A stretch of DNA of 63,379 nucleotides, filler included, from Reclinomonas americana ATCC 50394 (taxonomy: Eukaryota): the NCBI GenBank assembly GCA_048213135.1. It is 19 parts of 19 records of this genome, joined end to end, with 100 filler letters (N's around TTAATTAATTAA, not from the genome) between each part and the next. Parts side by side here need not be neighbours in the genome. Positions count along the whole stretch, not along the records: positions 1 to 8,536 come from AFZH01023848.1; positions 8,637 to 16,451 come from AFZH01023850.1; 17 more parts are not named here. The stretch is one strand, 5' to 3'. Below, in pieces: positions 1 to 9,850 of this stretch. Numbering within the stretch: the first letter of the stretch is position 1; every line of letters starts with the position of its first letter. A model generated the notes under the pieces. The model made no database searches. It had not been told where the DNA came from and saw nothing but the letters and a program-made list of their open reading frames with translations. Position numbers and translations under genes: made by a program.

Positions 1-1666
1 TGGAAGTTGAAAGATGAACATGTCTGTGTGTGTATGTGTTGTGTGTGTGTGTGTGTGCGTGTGTGTGCATGTGTGCAGCGCTCCCGATGCCAGGGATCCG
101 GATCGGAGGAGCGAGTGCCGAACTCTCAACAATCGACTTGTTGCTGACGTTGTGTCGACGTCGACTTCGACCGCGAACTAGGGGTACAGCTGTACCCCAG
201 CTGGGGCTGCTGGGAAGAACCCCGTCCCCTTCTTTTTCTGGTCGACCGTACCCCGTACCCGGTGGGTGAAAAATTCCTGCACCCCAGCACCCCTAGTCCT
301 GCGTGCCCCCCTCGTGTTTGCAAGAGAGTGCAGCGGTGAGTTTCGCAGTGCAGACGAGTGTGCAAGAGTGTGCACAAGTGGGGAAGAAGAGAAAGAGAGA
401 GAGAGAGAGCGAGTGAGAGAGAATACACGAGAAATGCAACTCTCATTCTCTCGCCTTCACGCACATGCACACTCTCACTCTCTCTCTCACACACAGCTCA
501 CATACTCTCTTACTTCCTCTCTCTCTCTCTCTGACACACTCATGCACACACGTGCACATATTCACAGCACACGCAGTCTCTTGCTCAACACTCTTACCTT
601 CCACCTCTTCCAACTCTGTCATTCATCTCCCTCTCTCTCTCACACACACACCCTTTCTCGTTTTACATACATACTCTCGCGAGCACATGTACATCTTTCA
701 CAACACTCTTCCAGCTCTTCCCTGTTGCATCTCTCCCTCTCTTTCTCTTTCTCTCTCTCTCACTCATTCTCAGTTACCTCTCTCGCTCGCCCTCTCCCTC
801 TCCCTTTAATCTCTTCCCTGTCGCATCTCTCTCACTCTTTCTCACTCATTCTCAGTTCCCTCTCAGTTTACACTCTCGTTCTCCCGCTCTTCTCCCTCCC
901 GCATCCCTTATATCTCTTCCCTGTCGCATCTCTCCCTCTCTCGCTCTTTCTCACACATTCTCAGTTCCCTCTCTCGTTCTCCCACTCTTCTCCCTCTCCC
1001 TTCTATCCTTCCCTGTCGCATCTCTCTCACTCACTCACCCTTTCTCACTCATTCTCAATCCCCTCTCTCGCTCCCCCACTCTCTCCCCTGTCGCATCTCT
1101 CTCACTCTTTCTCACTCGTTCCCTCTGTCGTTCTCCCACTCTTCTTGCTCCCTCATCCCATTCATGTCTTCCCAGTTGCATCTCTCTCCCTCTCTCACAC
1201 ATTCTCAGTTCCCTCTCTCGCTCTGCCACTCTTCTCCCTCCCTTTTGTATCTTCCCTGTCTCATTCTTTCTCACTCTTTCTCACACATTCTCTGTACCCT
1301 CTATCGCTCTCCCACTCTTCTTGCTCCCTCATCCCTCTCATGTCTTCCCTGCCGCATCTCTCTCCCTCTCTCACACATTCTCAGTTCCCTCTCTCGCTCT
1401 GCCACTTTTCTCCCTCTCCCTTTTATCTCTTTCCTGTCTCATTCTTTCTCACTCCTTCTCAGTTCACCCTATTCACTCTTCCTCTCGTTTTCCCACTCTC
1501 TTCCCTTTTATCTCTTCCTCGTTGCGTCGCTCTCCTTCCCTCATCTTTTCTCACCCCTTCTCAGTTCGAAGTCTCGTTCTCCCTGTCTCCCTATCTCTCC
1601 CTCTTCCCCCTTCTTTTCCCATTGCCCCCTGCCCCTCACCTTCCCCTCCCCCTCCCCTTCACCCAG

Positions 1667-1984
1667 ATGGACAAAACACTCACCAAATCCGCTCGCATCC
1701 TGCGCCTCCTCGGCTCCAACCCACGCGGCCTGACCTCCACTGAACTGTGGCGCGCCATGGGCGGATCATCATCAGCATCACCAACCGCGCAGTCAGAATC
1801 CACCGGCGCCGACGTGAAGAGCAAGCGCCACCTGAAGACGATTCTCTCGCAACTCAAGCTGCGACACGAGGTGCACATGAAAACTCCGGAGTCGTCCTCC
1901 AGTGGAGAGGGCGAGTCGTCTGCGCCGGCGACAACGGGACGTGCGGGATTCCGGTATGTGGCGACGAGGAAGAGCAAGGCGTGA
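1667..1984 (+). CDS. Terminal exon of a small basic winged-helix-like protein, possibly related to plant mitoribosomal mL80
   Basis: A polypyrimidine tract and CAG acceptor at 1666 precede MDKTLTKSARILRLLGSNPRGLTSTELWRAM...VKSKRHLKTILSQLK...FRYV. A likely upstream exon ends at a GTGAG donor near 336. The family call is from motif memory only. Confidence 0.45.
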   Translation: MDKTLTKSARILRLLGSNPRGLTSTELWRAMGGSSSASPTAQSESTGADVKSKRHLKTILSQLKLRHEVHMKTPESSSSGEGESSAPATTGRAGFRYVATRKSKA

Positions 1985-2430
1985 GTGGGTGTCGCAAGGA
2001 GAGTGCTAGAGTGTGGAGTGAATGCGGCGTTTGAGGAGAAGAAGCAGTTGTGTTCTTTTTTTCTGTGTGAGTGCCCCGGAGGCTGCTTTGAGTGGATCTT
2101 CTTTGCCAGTGACGACGGAGCGTGTGGGGTTCCCGGTATGTGGCGATGAGGAAGAGCGAAGCGAGAGTGGAAGTCGCAGAGAGAGCGTTTGAGTGTCGAG
2201 CGAATGCGGCTGTTGTGGAGAAGACTTGTACAGTGGATCGTCTTCGCCGGCTCAACGGGGCGTGTGGGTGCTGTGGAGAGTGTTAGAGTGTGGAGTGAAT
2301 GCAGCGGCTGTTGTGGAGAACAGAGGGTCGTGTTTCTCAATTCGCTGGCGATGACGGGCTACGCGGGATTCCTGGTGTGTGCGTGGGTGGGTGCTGTGGA
2401 GAGCGTTAGAGTGTTGAGTTAATGAGGCCA
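1930..2430 (+). repeat. Degenerate tandem copies of the 3' end of the 1667-1984 gene
   Basis: cgtgcgggattccggtatgtggcgacgaggaagagc...gagtgtggagtgaatgcggc recurs in diverged form at about 2120, 2260 and 2360. Confidence 0.7.
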
Positions 2431-2658
2431 CATTTGAGCAGAAGCAGTCATGTTTCTCTTTCTGCATGACGATGCTCGAGGCCTCTTCTTGTCGATTGTT
2501 TTCACGAAGACGATGGGGCTTGCATAATTGCGGTATGTGCCTGGGTGGGCGTCGCAAAGAGCGGGACACTGGAAAGGAGTTGACAAACGATTTGCCAGAG
2601 GGAGTGCGGCTCGCCTCCTTCTCTCTTCATCTTCTCTCAATTCCTTTGTTCATTTTCT

Positions 2659-5600
2659 TCACTTCCCTTCCATGGCCTGCAACATGTTCTCTCGCACATT
2701 CGCCGTCGAGGCGATGACATACACACGCGACGCCTGTGCTGGCGACAGCGCAATGGAGGAGAAGGTGACCTTGCCGTTGGTGACATTCGGCGCCGGGGTG
2801 ACTGCACCAACGCGAGTGAGTGTAACACACAACAGTGGAAGGACAACAGAGACAGAGTGAGAAGGAGAATATAGAGACAGGGAAAGGGATTGTGAAGGCA
2901 TGGCCATGGAGTGGAAAGGAGAAGAGAGCGGGACGGAGAATTGAGAGTCGTGGAGTGGGAAGGAGAACGGAAACAGGGAATGGAAAAAGATGGGGACAGG
3001 GAGTGAGAAGGAGAAGGGAGACATGGAGTGGGAAGGAGAAAGAAGACAGGGAGTGGGAAGGAGAAAGAAGACAGGGAGAGGGATGTGGCAGCCTGGAGAG
3101 GGAAAGAGAACGGAGACAGGGATGGGGCGGCCTTCTCCGTTCTCGCCCTTCCCTTACCCGCCCTCACACAGTCATCTCAATCAGCTCGCCCCATCCTTCT
3201 CTCCCTATTCGCCCATCTGCTCCCCGCAGGAACCCTCTCTTTCTTTTCCACTGCCTCCCTCGTTTCTGGTTCTTTGCCTCCCTCTTGCCTCCCCTTTCCC
3301 CTCCCTTCCTCACGATTCTCCCTCCCACTTCCTGCCCCCATCCCTTCAAGCTCTCTTTCTGCATCCCTTTCCACTTCCGGTTCCCTGTCTCCCTTCTCTT
3401 TCCCACTCCCTCTCCCCTGTCCCTTCCCACTCCCTGTCTCTCTTTTCCTCTATCTCTCTACACTCCTTGCCTATCCGATCCCTCTCCTTGTCTTCTTTCC
3501 CCTTCACCAACCTGGCGTCGCTTGATGAGCCTGCAACTCAAAGATCTCGTACGCTGACGCCCCGAACTGTGGCGGCAGCAACACCGACAGCGAGTCGATG
3601 CCGTGGTTGTCAAACTGCACAGCAGAGTTTAGCCAGGAGACTGGAAACGGAAGATTGCTTCACCTGCAATACCTTCCAATGCATGTTCAACGCAATGGCA
3701 CTGCGGAAAAGATGGTGAGCAAAATAGGATGAGAGCGAGGGTCAGGGACAAGCTCACCAGCCCTCGTCGTTGTAACCGCCGTTGTTCTTCGTCAAAATCA
3801 CGGTCACAATGACGCACTCATTGGACACCTGCGCAAGATGGGGTTAAATGCCAGCAGATGACATGCCCACTCTCAAAATCAACGAAACAATGGCGGAGGC
3901 GATGCTCTCGTCCGCCTTGTCGCTCTTGACCAACACGTCGGAGCCTTCCATAACATCGCCGACTCGCAGGTACTGGCGAAGACCACGGATCTCAGTGGCC
4001 GCACGCTTCCATTCGGCCCACGAGTCCTGCCACGGAGCGATGAGGAAAAGGCACGCTGACCAGAGGAGTCAAAGTTGCAGACCGCATAGCCGTGATCCAT
4101 CATGGAAATGTCGCTCTGGAACAGCATGATGCCTTTGTTGCCGGCGGCCACCACGCTCATCATTTGGATGCGCAACTCTGATTCGTTGATAGGTGAGAGA
4201 TTACCCTTGAGGCGAGTCAGCGGAAAATATCGCCAGACCTGCAGGATCGGGGTTGCGATACACGTGCCGGCCGAGAACGTCCACTGACCAGCCAGCAAAC
4301 AGGCCCTGACTGTAGGTCCAGGTCGGTAGCTGCATAGGAGAAGGTGAGTTCGACGAATAAGCAACCCTCCATCACTCTCGGCCCGCAGCTCACACCCCTT
4401 TCTGTTCGCCCACAATCCTCACCCAGTCATTTTCTCTGCCTTGCATCGCTCACCTCAACTCGAAGCCCTCTCTCTATATCCACAATCTTCACTCACTAAT
4501 TCCCTCTGCTTTGCATAGCTTACGTCTCACATTCCTCGCTTCCGCCGACCGCCCTCACTCACTTATTCTCTCTGCCTTGCATCACATAGCATCTCTGAAT
4601 CCTCTCCTCCACAAAACTCACCATTCATTCCCTCCGCCGTACATTGCTCTCCTCATCTCACTCCTCTCTCTCGCACCTATTCCCTCTTCCCCGCATCACT
4701 TTCCATCTCACGCCCCTCTCTTTTGCCCACGATCCTCGCTCGCTTACTTTTCCTCCGCCTTGCTTCACATACAATCTCTCAATACTCTCCTCCACCCACA
4801 ATACTCACCCACTCATTCACTCTTCCCTGCATCGCTCTCCTCATCTCACACCCCTCTCTTCCGCCCACAACCCTCGGTTGCTTATTTTTCCTTCGCCTTG
4901 CGTCACTTACCACATCACATCCCTCTCTTCCACCCACAACACTCACCCACTCATTTCCTCTGCCGTACATCGCTCTCCTAAACTCACTCCCCTCTCATAA
5001 CACCCACAATCTTCACCACCCACCCATTCACGGAGACACTCACCGGCTTGTGATTTTCGCGAGTGATACTGCATACCCAGAGATGGTTGAGAACACAGAA
5101 TCATCAGCAGCTCACAAGAGGCGCGTCACGACAGCAAACCGAAGGTAATCGTAAGCACCCCACGGCTGCAGTGGAGAGCAGTGAGAACTGATGTATAAGA
5201 AGCAAATAGGATACGAGCGCAACTGGAGGCGGATGGCCGAATTCCTGAATGTGTGGAGCACAGGCCGCACTGCATCGCGCGCAGGTCAGTAACACGAATG
5301 AACGGGCGACTGAGGATGATGACCACTCCTCACATGTACATGTCCACTGCGACAAGGAGGGGGTTAGCAATCAAGCGCACAGAATACCCACGGAGCGACT
5401 CAGCGCGCAACTTCCTTGAATGTCGGTGATGCCCGAGTACGCCCCCGACATGCGATTGACGTGGCCGCCCTGCGTGGAGAAATGCATCAGAGCAAGCCAC
5501 TTGCTTCAAGCGCATCGGCGGAGGAATGCAGAACCTGGTACGTTGCTGCGAAGACAAGTAAGTTTCGATTGCACATCAACTTGCACACGGAAGACGTGCT

Positions 5601-6481
5601 CACCAAGATCAGGGTACCAGCTGTAGCGTGTCATGGCATCGTGCAGAGTGCGACGCATGTTCTGCAACCAACAAGTGAGCGCGCACAAGCAAGGGATTTG
5701 GCAATGACCAACGCAACATCATCCAAGTGCCCATCGTTCTCGTCGGCCAAGAAGAGCGCGGCGATGCGGCTTCTGTCGTACAGCTGCCCGGCTTGGTTGA
5801 TGGTGTCGGTGAAGGCACTCGGCAGCATCCAAAAGTCGTTCTTCGGCGCCAGCTCGTTGACCAGCTGGGAGGCGGTGATGGAGGTCTTGCAGACGCTGAA
5901 CAGGTGAAGGGGGAATTGGGGAAGGGGGAGAGAAGGGAGAAGAGGGGAAGGAGGGAAGGAGGAGGGGAGAGAGGGAATGGGAGAGGGAAGAGTGGGAGAA
6001 GAGAAGGGGGAGAAGGGGAGAAAGGGAAAGAAAGGGAGAAAGGGGAGAAAGGAGAGAGGGAAGGCGGAGGAAGGGGGAGAGGGAAGGGGAGAGGGGAGGG
6101 GAGAGAAGGGGGAGAGGGAAGGGGAGAGGGAAGGGGAGAGAAGGGGAGAGAAGGGGGAGGAAGGAGGAGAAATGGGGGAACGGGGGAAGGAGAAGGGGAA
6201 AGAATGGGAGGAGAAGGAGCTGTGGGGAGGGGAGGCGCGGGAGAAGGGGGAAGGGGAGAAAGGAGGAGAGACTGCATCCGCGAGGGGGAAGAAAGCGAAG
6301 GAAATGTGGAGCGCGGTTAGCCACAAAGCGCCAACGAATGAAACTGGGATTGAGAAAGGCAGATCTCATGCAACAGAGGAGAAGAGACAACAATTCCAAT
6401 GGCGAGAAACTGACAAGCGATAAATGCGCTGCAGGTGAACATCTGACGTACGGCTTGGTGAAGAGGACTCAACGAGTGACG

Positions 6482-6516
<35 letters not shown>

Positions 6517-8473
6517 GTACCTTTGTGTAACAGGAGACTTACTTGGACGGACTGGTGTCACAGAAAAACGTGTCGACGCCATGGTCGAGCAAAAACTGCA
6601 CGCCAAGTGGTGAGACAGGCACTCATGATCACACGCACAACAGCTCGCTCCCACCACTCTCACCTGATAATTCGTGTCGTTGACGCCGGGAAAAGGGCAC
6701 GACGACGACTCCTGCCACACCTCGATCGGGAAGATCTCCGGAATCACACGCCCGCCATACCCAATCATTGCGGCCGCGTCGGGGAACTGCAGGGCGACCG
6801 TCCACACGGCGCCAAGTGCCTTTTGCTGCGCCAGTGGCAGCCGGAAGACGTACGAGCGCGACGGCTGCAGGGTCGTTGGCTGGAAACTCGGAGACGGCAC
6901 GCCGTCCACCAGCAGCGCCGACATGGTGTGCGGATTGACGTCGCCGTTGAATACGTGTACGACCAGCGTGTGGCGATCGTCATCGGTGGTGACCGAGGTG
7001 ACGGTGAGCTGCGTTAACGTTGTGTGCACGTGAGGAAGAGTTAAGAGGAGGGACGGAGAAAGAGACACTCACCGTGTTGCGGTGAATGAGAAAGGTGCCG
7101 AAGAAGAGCGACTGGCTGTCGTTGGTGGCGTCGCGCACGTCGATGGTGGCCGAGGTGGCCGAATCGTAGAGCGGGAGGCGTGAGTGGAAGGATACCCATA
7201 CGGGTTCGTTGGCGGTGATGTTGGTGGGGAGGACTTTGAGCCTGCGTGATGGGGAAGGGTGAGGGGGAAGGAAGGGGGAGAAGGAGGAAAGAGGGGAAGG
7301 GGGAGTGAAGGGAGAGATTGAGGGGTAAAGGAAGAAGGAAGAGGAAAGGGAAGAGAGAGAGAGAATGACAAAGAAGAAGGGGAGGATGTGGCAGAGGAGG
7401 AGAAGGAAAAAGAGGAAAAGGAGAGTGGTGGTGGAGGAGGACTGCTAAATGAAGGCGAGAGACGAAGTGTGACAGCAGATCGGGATGAGAAGAAATAGAC
7501 GAGTCAAAGAAGTTCTGGTGGAGGGCGAGAATGAACAAGGAGGAGAGGATGTGGTCCAAAGAGAGGAAGAGGAGAAGGAGGAGGAGAAAGAGCAGGAAGA
7601 AAAGAAAGAATGAGCGACTGAGAGACGAAGAGGAAGAAGGAGGAGAAGGATGGGTACAGAAGGAGGAGAAGGAGAAATAGGAGAAGCAAGAGGAAGAGGA
7701 GAGTGGTGGTGGTGGTGGAGGAGAAGCAAGCAGAGAAGGAGCAGGGTCGTTGAATATGAAGGCGAGACAGGACGAGTGGAAGCAGACCGGGAAGAGAAGA
7801 AGCAAGTGCTGATCACAGATGATGGAGGAGGAGGACGAGAAGGAGAGGAAGGAGGAGGAGAAAAGAAGAACAAGCGACCGAGAGATGACAAGAAAGAAGA
7901 CGGGGAGGAGGAGAAGGAGAAGAAGATGTGACCCACAAGGAGGAGGAGGAGGAGGAGGAGCAAGACCAGCAGCATCCCGCCCACCTACTCACCAATCATA
8001 ATCAAAGGGCGCTCCCACTGTCACATTCACCGCCGCATTGTTGATGAGCACACGTCCCACTTGTCCACTGGCAGCGGCCAAGCCCACAATGTGCAGGCGA
8101 CCGCCTTGGGTGGGATCCGGAAGGTGATCTGCAATGCACTCACTCTCAACAAAGAGTGTGCTGATCATGATTGATTAACACGAACACAACAGCACTACTC
8201 ACACTCGGGGTACTCATTGTATGGAAGGAAGAAGTCCTTGCGGTAACTGGAGGCCAGCTGAGGGCCATCAAGGGCGTCACTGTACACAGAGAGTGAGAGA
8301 GTGCATGCGCTAATGCAGTGTGTTGCATCAGTGTGGCGCGCGCGAGGAGACCTTGTGATGCTTGACTGGCCGCGAAGGCGTGGTGGAGGAGGAGAAGGAG
8401 GAGAACAGGCGAGTGTGAGGGTGCAGAGAGCGAGTGAGAGGAGGAGCAGGAGGAGAGGTGCTCGTCGCGGCAT
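2659..8473 (-). CDS. Multi-exon secreted protein, putative glycoside-hydrolase-like (TIM barrel) with beta-sandwich domains
   Basis: Signal peptide MPRRAPLLLLLLSLALCTLTLA at 8473. GT-AG exons give ...IFPIEVW..., AALFLADENDG, GAYSGITDIQGMDMYIAACAPHI, ELRIQMMSVVAAGNKGIMLFQ and end at ...QAMEGK*. The function is inferred. Confidence 0.6.
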
Positions 8474-8536
8474 GACAAAGAAATTGGTTTCCTCGCGATC
8501 GGAATTTTCCGAACAAAGGCAGGGCGATTGTCGACC

Positions 8537-8636
8537 NNNNNNNNNNNNNNNNNNNNNNNNNNNNNNNNNNNNNNNNNNNNTTAATTAATTAANNNNNNNN
8601 NNNNNNNNNNNNNNNNNNNNNNNNNNNNNNNNNNNN
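8537..8636. other. Artificial assembly spacer (first of 18; the others start at 16452, 18262, 19439, 22924, 24252, 25595, 26856, 32456, 34490, 36375, 39088, 45463, 50717, 55501, 57247, 58955 and 62233)
   Basis: Repeated block of N runs around TTAATTAATTAA, which has stops in all six frames. Confidence 0.98.
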
Positions 8637-9046
8637 CTGCAAGGCGCGCGATTGGGGAAGGGAGGGTGGGTGACGACATGCCGGTGACGGGGGTTGCGCG
8701 GAGGGAGCATGAAGATCATGATGAGCGGAGGATACCGGTGACGGCGGCTGCACGGGCCGAGCGCGCTGAAGGTGTGAGGAGGGAGCGTGACGATGATGGC
8801 GAGGAGCGGAGGATACCGATGACTGCTGCTGCACGGGCCGAGCGCGCTGTTCCGCCGCGGAGGGTGATTGCGCAGGTTCGTGGTGGCGCGAGTGGGAGTG
8901 CGAGTCGGTTGTCGGCGTCGTCGGTGCAGAGTCGGATGACGGCGAAGGAGATGCGGTTGGTATTGCAGGATTTGGGGGTGGATTGTTCGGGGTGCTCGAC
9001 GACGTATGAGTTGGAGGAGTTGTTGAGGGCGGTGATGCCGGAATAA
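8637..9046 (+). CDS. 3' fragment of a protein ending in a SAP-like / ARMET_C-like CxxC domain
   Basis: MTAKEMRLVLQDLGVDCSGCSTTYELEELL*, preceded by two copies of ERRIP(V/M)TAAARAERA. The 5' end is in the gap. Confidence 0.55.
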
Positions 9047-9850
9047 GGAGAAGGAAGAGAATAAGGAAAGGGAGGAGTGTGAAAAATGTATGGTTTTGAG
9101 AAAGAAGCGACAGGGTGGGGATTGCGAAGATTGTGTTTCTTCTTGTGCGCACAGCAACACAGCTGCAACATGATCACCATCTTGAGTGAGCACCAGAAGA
9201 GAGACGTCGATGGCTAATGCTGGCGTGTAACCACAAGCATGGATTTTACGACGAATAAGGAATCCGAATGCAGAAAGATTGGTGTCAGAACACACAAACA
9301 AAACACAAAGCCAGGCAACGTGCAAGAAAGTCCGGGAAGGAGCTGATGCACAGTGGAGTGGTTGACGTTGATGATGGTGCTGCTCATGAGCTCGAGAGTT
9401 GTCATGATCATAACAACAGCATTACTAATCCAAACAGCAACACAGCTGCATGATGATCACCATCTTGAGGGAGCACCAGAAACTCAGACATCACGAAAAA
9501 AAAACGAGAAAAAGTCGAGATGGCTACATGTACAATGCTGCGTTTCTGCAAGAGAAACCACGCAGCGGCTCATGACAAGCATGGATTTGACGCCGAATTC
9601 CACAAAGGAAACGAGAAAGATAGCAAGAGGCTCATGGGATCCGGATCCGGAGTTGTCATGATCATCAAAATGTACAAGAAATAGTCCTGACGTCGACGCG
9701 CAGCAAGCGATCCGACAAAAAGAATTCATTTCACCAGCAAACAAGCAACAGCTGTCTTGGTGTTGTCGCGGTAATGTTGCTCACGGGAGCTTTCACTGTC
9801 GTTTGTTGATTCTGACACTGGAACCCTGGAAAAAATTTATTGCTCGGGTC

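Noticed and set aside
266..1666. 572-aa Ser/Leu/Pro ORF and similar SLP-rich or ERG-rich ORFs throughout the window
   Set aside because: They are translations of CT/GA low-complexity introns that lack stops; only the last 105 codons of this ORF look coding.
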